Shown here in pieces: positions 1-12,632 of a stretch of DNA of 64,000 nucleotides. Within the stretch, counting starts at the first letter, position 1. Each line of letters starts with the position of its first letter. Made by a program: the position numbers and the translations under genes. The stretch covers positions 84,878,001-84,942,000 of the forward strand of contig NC_042997.1 in NCBI RefSeq assembly GCF_006345805.1, read 5' to 3'. The stretch comes from Octopus sinensis. Its lineage: Eukaryota. The notes below the pieces were generated by a model, which did not search any database, had not been told where the DNA came from, and worked only from the letters and a program-made list of their open reading frames with translations.

Positions 1-44
1 CACACACACACACACACACACACACATACGCATCTATATAACAA

Positions 45-475
45 ATTGAAAAGGGTGGCTTGTTAGCAATTAGAACCTGCAGGCAAAATTAATGGAGGTC
101 GCAAAAGTGACTGAATGTACTGATTAGCACCGCTTTTGCTAAAGATAAGAGCTAAACTAACCCATAAGCCACAAAATCACTGTCATAATGACTGACAAAG
201 GGAGGTAACTGAGTTTAACCCCAAGCGTTAAGACCCGCTGATGAGGATTAAGATGGTCTACATCAAGATCCGAAATCGCGATCTGGTTATGTACACTAGG
301 GACATAGCAGCCCTTATCATTAATTAAGACAGCGATTTTGAGGCTTTGGGAGTTAGATTTAACTCCTATCTTTAGCAAAAGCGGTGTTAATCAGTACCCT
401 CTATCACTTTTCCGATCGCTATTAATTTTGCCTTACGTTCTAATTGCTCATAAGCCATCCTTGTTCATTTATTGT
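45..475 (+). repeat. Fold-back (hairpin) element with apical hammerhead motif
   Basis: 45-183 is the imperfect reverse complement of 326-475 (e.g. gcaccgcttttgctaaagata at ~127-147 vs tatctttagcaaaagcggtgt at ~367-387; agccacaaaatcactgtc 166-183 vs gacagcgattttgaggct 326-343). One arm of the same family recurs at ~58992-59095. Confidence 0.8.
232..288 (+). ncRNA. Type I hammerhead ribozyme motif (copy 1, weak stem I)
   Basis: CUGAUGA 238-244; stem II GGAUU/GAUCC plus inner GAUG/CAUC; GAAA 272-275; palindromic stem III AUCGCGAU; predicted cleavage after AUC (C283); stem I only 3-4 bp. Confidence 0.65.
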
Positions 476-564
476 TTACACTTTTACCGTTTTGAAAATC
501 AGCACAGATTCTCAACGGCTTATAAGACTGTCAGAGGTATTTGGGTTTAATCCTAAGCGTTAAG

Positions 565-620
565 GGCCGCTGATGAAGATTAAGATGATCAAAATCAAAA
601 TCTGAAATCGCGTTCCGGCT
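565..620 (+). ncRNA. Type I hammerhead ribozyme motif (copy 2)
   Basis: Stem I GGCCG 565-569 / CGGCU 616-620; CUGAUGA 570-576; stem II AGAUU/AAUCU plus inner GAU/AUC; GAAA 604-607; stem III with CGCG core and one U-U mismatch; predicted cleavage after UUC (C615). Confidence 0.7.
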
Positions 621-734
621 ATAGCACGTTGGGGACTTACCTCAGTCGATAAGCCAGTGATTCTGTGGCTTTTGATGGTGTTTAACTGGTGCTAGCCAGT
701 ACACTCAGTCACTCTGTGAACTATATATATATAA

Positions 735-790
<56 letters not shown>

Positions 791-1126
791 CACCACATGG
801 ATCTTAATACTCCAAGGTAATTTTTCCAAGAACTATCATTGAACTCGAGATACGCAAAGACTTTACAATGTATCGGTGTACCTATTTTTTAATTTTTGTA
901 TATGTTTATTATTTTTTGCAAAAAACAATGCAATTTTCTTTTTTTCCCCTCCTCAATTATAAAAAAAAAATTGTTTTCACCTTTCAATTCTTGAAAAGTC
1001 GCATTGCGACGAAAACCAGTTAGAGTTAATGTTAAAAAAAAAATTCTTTTAATTTTCCATACACCCATTTTCATTAAAATTTAACTTCAATTTAGCATTC
1101 TGCCTTTTTATAATTTTTCCTTGCCT

Positions 1127-1157
<31 letters not shown>

Positions 1158-1548
1158 CGTAGATATGCATATAAACGTCGATGTTTTCGTGTGTATGCAT
1201 GCATATATGTATGTATTGTATGTATGTATGTATGTATGTTGTATGTATGTATGTATGTATGTATGTATCGAGGTCATTTACTGTCCAGACATTGAAACAC
1301 GCGTCAATAAAATTGATATGTGAATTTACATTTCCAGTGAGTCCATTTTATTTTCCGGTTTCTTTTTCTTTATTTTTTAGTTTTTAGTACATACAAAACA
1401 TCCAATAACGGACTACACATACTCATACACATACACACACACACACACACATACACAAATGCAAACACCAACAAACATACAAATGAACACATAGATACGA
1501 ACACACACATATGTATGTTTGCATGTATGTATGTATATATATATGTAT

Positions 1549-1580
<32 letters not shown>

Positions 1581-1693
1581 TCACACTCACATGTATCTAC
1601 TCGCAGCCATACACTGAGTCTCGAACACGTCAAACGAGCGTGCATATCTTGCCATAAGCAAGTTATATATCATATTATATTATAGATAGATAG

Positions 1694-1769
<76 letters not shown>

Positions 1770-2536
1770 CACACACACGCAATCACACACATATATACAC
1801 ATAAACACACATATACATACATATCGCTTTGTAGTATGTGCGTGCATTTGCATGAGTGTGCACGCAGTAGTGTGCAGTCGGTTTGTTTGTGCATTAAACT
1901 CAGAAACCTATTTGCATGTTGCCGTATGTTTCTATGTTAGCGAACATTTCTAACGATCGTCTGCTTCGGCTTTTTTCCTCTTCATTTTTTATTCCATTTA
2001 TTTGTTCCTTTTCCACCTATTTCTTTATTATTTTTTTTTTCCTCCATTTTCCTATTTGTTCTTGTTTACGGATACATCTGTTCTCATTCTGGTGCAGTAG
2101 GTCACCTCCGAAGAGTTCCGATATATTTTATAGCGGCAAATTCTTACAACCTCAATCTCTACACTCCTTACTCCCCCCACGTCATCCATCATCAAACAGT
2201 CAAGACCTACTTTTTGGATAGTTTGTGTTTTACTTATTTTGTTCTTGTTTTCTTATTTGTTTGTTTGTTTTTGTTTTCTGTCTGTCCTTTCGTACTCATA
2301 TACTCTTTCTTTTTTGTTATAACTCGTGTCATTTGTTTTGTTTTGTTTTTTTTCATTTTGTTTTTTGCCTTCTTTGACTTTTACGCATTTTTTTGCCCTC
2401 ATTTATCTCCTATTTTATTTCTCCTCCCACTTCTCACACTCAAACTCTCCTCACTCCATTTCTTTGTCTCTCTTTCTCTCTATCTGTCTCTCTTTCTTTC
2501 TTTCTCTCCTCGTCTCTCTCTCTCCTCTCTCGCTCT

Positions 2537-2587
<51 letters not shown>

Positions 2588-2618
2588 CTCTCTCTCTCTC
2601 TCTCTGTCTATCTATCTG

Positions 2619-2685
<67 letters not shown>

Positions 2686-2930
2686 CTATGTCTTGTCGTT
2701 TTCGGTCTTTCTTTATCAATCTCATCTCTGTATTTCTTTTCCTTTCTCTGTTTTCCATCTCACGGTCATTTCTTCTCGTTTCATTTTTTTCTGCATTTAG
2801 GTTTTTCATCTAACTCCCTTTCTCTCTTCCTCTCTCGCCACCCCACCCTCTACCTGTATACATACATATTTGCATATATACCTATATATATATATGTATG
2901 TGTGTATATATAATATATGTGTATATATAC

Positions 2931-2993
<63 letters not shown>

Positions 2994-3477
2994 ATATATA
3001 TATGTATGTATATATGTATGTATGTGTATATATATATATATGCAAACATATGCATTCATACTTTTATTACATACATGCGTATAAACATTTATGTTTATAC
3101 GCATGTTTTTTCATCTCATTCGATTTGTGTTTGAGTCTGTTTTTCTTTATCTCATTCTGTATAAATTTTTATTCATTATGACTTTAATTCCTTCATATTT
3201 TCATATATTCCTTTTTCGTATTTAGTTCATTTTTCGTTTAGCTTCTTTTATTTCCATTTCTTTCTCCCCACTTCTTTTGCCAATTGTATCATATTAAATT
3301 TTACTTTCCATAATTTGTTTCAGTTTTTAAATGTTTATATTCACCTCCATTGCACTCTACTTTGTCATGAAGTCTTTTCCTACTATACTGCCTCTCTTTT
3401 TTTATTATTCTCTCATATTTCTGTTGCTTTCTATCTTTTTCTCTTTCCACCGGATCTTTTTCTTTTTCCTTCTCCCC

Positions 3478-3523
<46 letters not shown>

Positions 3524-3722
3524 TACTTACATTTTTCAGTTGCTTATATTGAACCTGATTATACTGAGCCTAATATTTCATTTATCTTCCTATTGACAAA
3601 AATTATATTTCTATTGAAATCTACCGAGTGAATAGATACATAACTCGTACAGAACCAAATACCAGAAAGGACATTTTTTTATACACCGATTTTGATATTG
3701 AACTTCATGGTATATATTGTAG

Positions 3723-3807
<85 letters not shown>

Positions 3808-3949
3808 AACACACACACACATAGATACAAGAGTTAAGGAATGATCGAATTGTTCGTGTGTCAATCTGTACCTCCTTTCATTTAAGTAAAATAGCCTTGG
3901 CCTGAAGAGGAGCTAGCGGTATACACTTCGATTGGATATTTAATTTGTA

Positions 3950-4470
3950 AATGGCGAAATATACAAAGATGACGCCCTAGCTTTAACCATAAATACCAAT
4001 GGACCAGCACAAGATCGGTTTAAGAAGGCCATTATCCAAATGATGAACACTTTCAGTCTTAGCATAACTAGAGACACCAACCTGACGGTTGTCAATTTCC
4101 TTGATGTATCCTTAGATCAAAATAAGAATATTTACAAACCTTATAGGAAGCCCAACGATAGACTTAGTTATATTAATGTGGGTTCCTGCCATCCCCCCAT
4201 AGTGTTTAAAAATTTAGTTAAAAACATTAGCAAAAAATTTTTAACCTCTCTTCCGATAGGGACATTTTTAATAACGTTGCCCCATTATATAATAATGCTC
4301 TAAAAGATAGTGGATTTAACGAGGAAATAACCTATACACCTGTCACCAGTCCAATTATAAGGAAAAGGAAACATAGGTATAGGAAAACTATCTGGCTCAC
4401 ATCCCCTTACTCCCTTGAAGTGACCTTTAATATAGCTAAGTATTTCTTAGCACTTATAGATTGACATTTT
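3950..4470 (+). mobile_element. Penelope-like element reverse transcriptase C-terminal fragment (frameshifted)
   Basis: Manual translation from 3962: YKDDAL...VNFLDVSL...YKPYRKPNDRLSYINVGSCHPP, then after a frameshift NNALKDSGF...RKRKHRYRKTIWLTSPYSLEV..NIAKYFL. This matches PLE RT YxDD, thumb and linker motifs. Confidence 0.85.
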
Positions 4471-4549
4471 TTTAAAGGTATCTATTGATTGCCTCGATAA
4501 CTGACGAGATGCCGGATCATAATTTGTGTGTGTGTTTGTATGTATATAT

Positions 4550-5762
4550 ATATAATATATTAATAAATAAAATAAAACATATGCATATATATAAACATAT
4601 ATGTACGTACCTACCTCTACATGTACATATACACGCATATATGAGTACAGGACACCAAAAGGATGTCGAACACAATGAGAAACGAAAACATGGACACAAA
4701 CCAAAGTAACTGGACATTTTTTAAAAACAGCAAAAAAATAGAGTACAGGACAATTAATACAAAGAAAAAAACCCTTCTTCAGTCGCTAAAGGTTTCATCT
4801 ACTCTACGTTTCGAAGGATAAAAGCGAGACGTATCTTCGACAAGAAACTTTCCTTCCTGCGAAAAGCAAATCAATTAAAATTCTGAGATCTTTTCGCAGA
4901 GGGGTAAAAAATGGTAACAACAGGACGGTAACGACAGTACAAATTATAAACAGTAAAAGACAGGACAAGGAAAAACAAGATAAGAAGGGCTGTTAACGCC
5001 GGACGAAAAAAAGTATTGCGAACGCAGATTTTTTTATGGACGACGAGCGGAGCAAAAAGAATGTCGTCCATTACCTTGAGAGAGCCAGGCGAGAGAGACA
5101 GCAGCGGAAGTGACGTCGCGGGTGAACGACGGGAAGACGGAAGTCACGTCGCGGGTGAACGACGGGAAGGGGGAGGAGGAGCAAGAGAAAGGGAGAGAAG
5201 AAGGGGAATGGCTGCGAGGAAACCATGAAGAAATGAGAGGGGGAGAGAGAGAGTGAAGAATGAGAGAGAGGAAGAGACAAGTTAAGTAGAGGAAAAGGAA
5301 ATCAAAGAATGAAGGCTGAGAAAGGGATGGGACAGAAAGGTTAAGAGTGCGCGTCAGAGTTAATATCAAGAACAAAAACTTGATATAAAGAACAATCTTA
5401 CTTAAGGGGGTGCGTGCGTTTCATCATATAATATATTAATAAATAAAATAAAACATATGCATATATATAAAATATATGTACGTACCTACCTCTACATGTA
5501 CATATACACGCATATATGAGTACAGGACACCAAAAGGACGTCAAACACAATGAGAAACGAAAACATAGACACAAACCAAAGGAACTGGACATTTTTTTAA
5601 AAACAGCTAAAAAAAATAGAGTACAGGACAATTAACACAAAGAAAATCCCCTTCTTCAGTCGCTAAAGGTTTCATCTACTCTACGTTTCGAAGGATAAAA
5701 GCGAGACGTATCTTCGACAAGAAACTTTCCTTCTGCGAAAAGCAAATCAATTAAAATTCTGA
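4550..5762. mobile_element. Non-coding repeat element with ~335-bp direct repeats (pLTR-like tandem arrangement)
   Basis: 4550-4886 and 5427-5762 are near-identical direct repeats separated by a CpG-rich then purine-rich middle. Part of the repeat recurs at ~41770-41853 and 42163-42250. PLE affiliation is inference. Confidence 0.65.
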
Positions 5763-5781
5763 CATTATATATACATATATA

Positions 5782-5835
<54 letters not shown>

Positions 5836-5992
5836 TTATTTTTTTCAACTTGAAGTTGAAAAAATTTGCAGATCTTTTCACGCTAACTACTACATAATTT
5901 CTTATAAAGATGTTATCCTATTTTTAAATTTATATATATATATTATATTATATATATATACATATATATATATACATATATACATGTATGTA

Positions 5993-6052
<60 letters not shown>

Positions 6053-6199
6053 CACCACACAAAGTATGAGGTTTAGTTCACAGGGATATAAACGATTAGG
6101 TACGCAGGTAAGTGTTGTAACGGATTACTAGGGCTCCAAGATTATAGCCGAGGTGGTAGTTATGGAGCCATTGCAGATTTCCAATGCAGTGGATATATA

Positions 6200-6752
6200 A
6201 TTGTTAATCAGGACATTAAGGCAAAGCAAACATTTCAAATTGTATACAATATTATAGGGAGGAATTAAAAATCTTACAGCTTTTTCTGGGATATCCCCGA
6301 CTATGGGATATTCTGTCATCAGAGACAAATAAGGGGGAAATAGGGTAAATGAGAATGGCATATATTAATGAGATGACAACATAGAGGCAGGGAGTAAAAT
6401 AATGAGATGAAAAGAAAAAAGAAAAAAGAAACAAAAGTTCATAGTTCTATTTTCAGAAGTTGCAGAAACCAGACCGTGAGTCCTTAGGTGCAATCCTGGG
6501 TATATCCATGCTTACTTTTTCTTCTTTCTTTCTATCTCCTTATTCTTTTACTCTCTTCCTCTATATCGTCATCTCGTTAATATATACCATTCTCATTTTC
6601 CCTACTTTTTCCCTATTTGTCTCTGATGACGGAATATTCCATACTTGGAATATCCCCAAAACAGCTTTAAGATTTTGAATTTCCCCCTGTAATAATATTC
6701 TATACGACCTTGAGATGTTTGCCTTGCCTTAACGTTTGCTATCCTGTTTAAC

Positions 6753-6755
<3 letters not shown>
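6200..6755. repeat. Diverged inverted repeat (arms ~6200-6425 and ~6505-6755) with decayed hammerhead motifs
   Basis: The arms are reverse complements; the ORF track shows paralogous pseudo-peptides on opposite strands (VISLIYTILIFPTFSLFVSDD vs VISLIYAILIYPISPLFVSDD). CUGAUGA lies at 6623-6629 (+) and 6322-6316 (-). Confidence 0.8.
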
Positions 6756-6836
<81 letters not shown>

Positions 6837-7660
6837 TGATAGAAAATTAAGTAAAATATACATATACCTTATTTGTGGGTTAACAAGCGTATATATGTAT
6901 ATATTCACACACACACATATACACACAAATAATACATTATATTATATATTATATATTAATGTGGCAAGCTTCCAGAACCGTTTGGGCGCCGGACAAAATT
7001 TTTTTGTCATTTTGTCTGTCATTACCTCTTCAGTTCAAATTCCATCGAAGCCGACTTTACTCTCATCCTTCCGGGGTCAATGAAACAAGTACCAGTTGAG
7101 TCCACTCCCTAAAATTATTTCAGGCCTTGTACCTAGAGTAGAAAGAATATGTTATATTACACAGACATGTGAAGGGTTCAGCGCAGATTCCATTCACATA
7201 AATTTCATTCATAATGTTTTGATCGACTGATGGTCAGAGTAGAAGCCACTTACAAAAGAGCTGCAAGTGGATGCGAACACGTGATCTTGTGCTTATGAAG
7301 TGTATGTCCTAACCACACAGCTCTACCCGTTCGTATCGTTGCATTACTCGATGGTTTCGTTTCCTTAGAGTAACATTAAATGAGTGAAGTGAAAACCAAA
7401 ATTGGTTGGTTGTCAACCACTAACTACGGCTGGAATATGAAAATAGACATTTTGAATGAAAGTTGCCAACCATCGCAACCAACCGACAACTATTAATGTT
7501 GCTAGTCTATTTATGGACTAGAAATAATTCTGTTACGCGTTCGCGCGCGCCCGCGCACACACACACATACACACGTCCGCGCGTGCATAAACACACGCAC
7601 ACACACTACACACAGACACACACGCACGTACTCACATATATATATGCAAATACATATGTG

Positions 7661-7708
<48 letters not shown>

Positions 7709-7856
7709 TGTATATATAAATATTTGTATGTTTGTGTTAATGTATCTACACATACACATATATATACATACGTACATACACACATATATATACACACATA
7801 TATGTCTGTGTGTATGAATGAGAAAGAACAAGAGAGAAGGGGAGAGCGAGAGAGAG

Positions 7857-7913
<57 letters not shown>

Positions 7914-9065
7914 CAAGCTTGTTTCATCGCGGCATGTATGAACAGAAAAAAGAAATCAATAGCTAATATAGCAAGATCTTCCTTCTTTAGTCAGTCCATG
8001 TTTTATCAGACGATGGAGTTAATTACTCGACTGTTCATCGACTGATCAGCGGTATTCAACAATAAGTAATCATCCTTATTCACTTATAGATAGTTCTTGT
8101 GATGTCCAACTGCTTTTTCTGGCCGCACCCATAGGATGAGCGGAACACAGAACGCTTCTAGCTAACGAACATTCTTGTTAAACTTACAATGCAGCAGCTG
8201 TGAGCGTCGCAGCAAGTCATTCTTCAAGTCTGGAAATAACAATGACTTAGTTTTGTCATTTTTTCTTGCATATCTTTGGCATCCAGTGTTCAATTACCAC
8301 AAGGCTCGTTTTCCTTTTTCATTCTTTAGTGAGATCGATAAAACAAGTGCCAGTGAAATATTATCGTATATTTAATGGTTTGTGTTATATCCATTTTCCA
8401 CTCTCCTACATTGCAGACTTGTGAACTGAGATTCCCGTTGTTAGGTCACTGATATTAAATAAAGTTTGAAATACTTATATATGCAAATCAGTCGCTCCAG
8501 CTCTATGAAGCTACTGGATTCGTTGTGTATATAAACATTGTTTTTTTTTTAATTTCTCTGAGATTTGTTAAGTGACGGAGACACTACAGATGAGACCCCA
8601 ATAAGATTCGAAAAATCTATTCAGGCTGTTCGACATTGCTTGTTTTCAATGTAGTTAAATTTCTCCTGTTTATATGTTTACCGCATTGGTTAAATATAAG
8701 AGATCCTTAGTAGTCGAAAGAGAGTGGTGGATGCGTGTTGCACTAGCGCGCCAGAAACAGAGAATGGCTTCAGACGATGAACTGGCACAGTATTCAAGGC
8801 GGTACCCTAATATGACCGCAGTCTAGCAATTGAAACAAGTAAAAGGGAAAGGGTAAACAGGAAAGAAAAGTTAGAAGGAAATGGGTTTAGATCAGTTGTT
8901 AGGATGATGACCAGAGCAAAAGCAATAACAACGACACTATAGGGAACAGAAGCGAATAGGAGCTAAATGCTTTCAAGTTTATAGTGAAATACAGAGTGAT
9001 GTGGTGAATTAAATAGTTGAGTGCTTTACAGTCGAGGAGAGACCTGGAAAGCTATCACCTATGCA

Positions 9066-9150
<85 letters not shown>

Positions 9151-9962
9151 CATTAAGGTAGAATAAATCTTGTTAGCATGCTTGCAATGTTACTCAGCCA
9201 AAATGGGGGATAATGGGAAAATACTATGAATTAAGTTCCCTTTGAAATTTAAATACGAACGGAATGAAACAAATCTCACGTAAATCAGATTTGTGGTTGC
9301 GAAGATATTAAGGGGTTTCGGGGATATAAATACCTAAAACGGTGCATAATTAGAAGAAATTACCTTAATCCTGAAAGAGCAGTAACTGTTGCCTTTCGAT
9401 TAGATAATGACATGACGAAGAAAAAATACGATTTGTTATTTTACAGTAAATATTTCTATTTTCGCTTTTGTTAAACAATATTTTAATCATTTGCAAATAT
9501 TTTTAAGTGAAAGTGATTTCAAAAATGTTTTTTTAGCATAAATATTTTGTAAAAGACTCGTTTGTAACCTAGCTGTGAAATAATTTTTTCCATAGGCTTT
9601 TTTCGAGTGCATGCAACGTATCTCACCTCCAAAGATTTGGGTGCTATTTGTAGCACACCCTGCTATCACGTAACTGCTATTTGCAATAAATACCTGTTAC
9701 GTGGTAGCAATGCGTGCCAGAAAAAGCAGCCAAATCTTTCCTTTTCTAAGGAAAGGAGCCGCTTACGCGTGATTTCGGTGTCACATTCGTTGAAAGCATG
9801 CAAAATAACCTGGAAAAAAACATGAAACAAAATTCCGTTGCTGGGAAACTCAGAGTTTTCCGGTGACCGAACAGTATACACACACACACACATATTATAT
9901 ATATAAACACACACACACACATATATATACATTTGTATGTACACGCACATATGCGCCTATAT

Positions 9963-10003
<41 letters not shown>

Positions 10004-10527
10004 GTATATATGTACACTTATAAAGATTTATAGCGCCCTATGACGTAAACAATAGCCAGTTTTAATCACGTATAGTGGTTTTCAGAAATTATGAGTGATT
10101 CAATATATAAGATTGTATGAGAGGCAATCAACGTTGTCAGTAACGGAAAATTGTGATTATGAGTGTACTTACGGAGAAGAGGATTCTTATATACCTTATG
10201 TACCATATAGCTAAAAGTTATTTGAAAGTCTCAGGATTATAGTCTGATGGGTTAAAATTAACCCTCTAACCAAGAGTTGGCGAAATTTCTTTCTCACAGG
10301 AAGAACTATGAGAACACATCATACAGGATATGTTATAATTGAAACTATGATAGAAAGGTACATGAACGAAGTAGTATTAGTGGAGTGTTGGCAAAGGCTA
10401 TTTTAGTTAAATAGAAACATAACTAGAAATTGTAATTCACTTCACATTTGCCTGCATACAGATTATATATAGATATATATATATATATATTATATATATA
10501 TATATATTATATATATATATATATATG

Positions 10528-10575
<48 letters not shown>

Positions 10576-11391
10576 GTGTGTGTGTGTGTATATATATGTA
10601 TATATATATATATATAATATATATATATATATATGCAATTGTCTGTATGTATGTATATATATATATATATATGTATATATATGTATATATGCCACAGCAT
10701 AAGTTCTATTATACTAACCAGTGTACATTTTTCTCTCCATTCTCTTTCCTTCACTCTCTCTTTCTCTCTCTCTCTCTACACACACACACATACACACTCA
10801 CGCCCATATATACATAGACGCATACATACGTACACACACACACACACACACACACACTCAAAACACGTTCACATTCATACGAACGTACAGAATTCTTCAT
10901 TTGCTTATGTACCAAAGAGCATGTTGTACGTGAGGTCAAGACATTGAAGCAAAGTTGACTTCCGAATCAACTGATTGCTTTGTTTATTTCTTAGTTTGGC
11001 AGTCCCGTTAATTAAACAGAGGAGACTTGATGCCGTGCCGTTAGTGATGAGCAAACAATAGTCTTTAAGTTAGTCATCACATGTGTCAACGAACCAGTGA
11101 CATATCTACTGGAACCACTAAGCACATAGTTTTCACTTGTTTATTGATATAATTAAAGAGGAAGGAGTGAGCAGACCTTCCTTTAGTACTATCCATATTT
11201 TTTTATATATTTTACTATAGCATACCAGAGATTTAAAATGTAAAAATAAGTAAATAAATAAATTATGGGGGTCTCCGTCCGTTTCGGTGGTGAATATTCA
11301 ATCGTATCCCAAATAGTCACAAATCCTTGTGAGTGAATTTAGTTGACAGAAACTGAAAGAAGCCCGTCATGTATATCTGTCTCTCCCACCC

Positions 11392-11428
<37 letters not shown>

Positions 11429-11459
11429 GTGCGCCATATATATATATATATTATATATA

Positions 11460-12589
11460 AAAACTTAGATAAAACTTAGATATGTTTCGACCAGAGATTG
11501 GTCCAGGCCATGTCTAACTTAATAGCACCACCTGATAGGATTATTCGAATCCTGTTTAAGTCAAGTTTTGTTCAAGTAGTGAGTTCTTGTTGGGTGAGTT
11601 GTATCCAGTTTTGTTCAAGTAGTGAGTTCTTGTTGGGTGAGTTGTATCCAATTATGGGTGGCTTGTCTGGTATCTTTGAAGGAATCTATCCAGACTCTGT
11701 TTGAAGTTGATGGGATCCTTTTCCTCTTTGATCTCTCTCGGGACAATGTTAAATAGGGCGGGCCTGTTGAGGAAAAGAAATTATGTTGCAGTGTACATGT
11801 ATGTTGTGATCTTGAATTTGGCAGGGGACGTATAGCCGTGGTCCAGTCTCGGATGAACCTTGAAGCTAATGTTTAGGTAGGTCGTTGGGCAAAGTTGGCG
11901 GTATATTTTCCACATCGTACAAATGATGTACCGCTCACGGCGACGCTGGAGGGAGTAAAGTTTCAAGGCTTTAAGGCGATCCCATAGTCGAGAGCAGCCA
12001 TGCCTTCAATTTGTTTAGTGAGAGCCCTCTGGGGTGACTCAATTCTGAGATGTTTTGTCTTGTGTGAGGAGACCACAGTGGGCAGCAGTATTCAAGGTGT
12101 GGCCGTACAAAGGATGAAAAAAGTGGTATGATGACCCCTTGTTCTCTGGACCGGAAAGTTCTTAAGATCCAGGAACTCATCCTACGAGCTGTATCGACCT
12201 CTTTGTTGTGTGTGCACTCCAACTGAGATCGTCATCAACAATTACACCCAGGTCTCTGATATTGCTAGAGGCTGTGAGCGGTTCCCCTGAAGGAAGAGAG
12301 TATGGTTGTTTTAGTGAGGATTTTTCCAAAATGCATCAGCTCAAATTTTCCCTCATTCAGTTGCATTTGTTTCTGTCTGCCCATTGACTCACAGCATATA
12401 GGTCAGACTGGAGTTGAGTTCGGTCTGCTTCTTCATTGACGATTTGCTGGAGCTTAGTGTCATCAGCGAATATTTTCACTTTGCAGTGATGTACGACACT
12501 GGAAAGGTCGTTTACATAAATTATGAAGAGTAGCGGACCCAAAACAGTTCCCTGGGGAACACCGCTGGTGACTTTTGCTGGGTTTGAGA

Positions 12590-12590
<1 letters not shown>
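11460..12590 (-). mobile_element. 5'-truncated CR1/L2-type non-LTR retrotransposon (RT C-terminus and 3' end)
   Basis: Minus-strand SGVPQGTVLGPLLFIIYVNDL...IFADDTKL, then WILRTFRSR...FVRPHLEYCCPLWSPH, KLYSLQRRRERY and ALFNIVPREIKE..FKQSLDRFL. The 3' end has atctaagtttt tandem tail repeats. Confidence 0.92.
11564..11650. repeat. 43-bp perfect tandem duplication at the LINE ORF/3' UTR boundary
   Basis: agttttgttcaagtagtgagttcttgttgggtgagttgtatcc occurs at 11564-11606 and 11607-11649. Confidence 0.95.
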
Positions 12591-12621
<31 letters not shown>

Positions 12622-12632
12622 AAATTAATTAT

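Noticed and set aside
3899-3945. CUGAAGA with a 4-bp stem upstream of the PLE RT fragment
   Set aside because: GAAA is replaced by GAUU and no stem I or III can be formed.
4500-4525. CUGACGA-GAU..AUC motif after the PLE RT fragment
   Set aside because: No GAAA and no stems I/III.
4775-4815. Minus-strand CGAAACGU...CUGAAGAAGG suggesting a type II hammerhead (also at ~5650-5690)
   Set aside because: The stem I hairpin cannot form (G opposite A at the core junction); order and pairing are not convincing.
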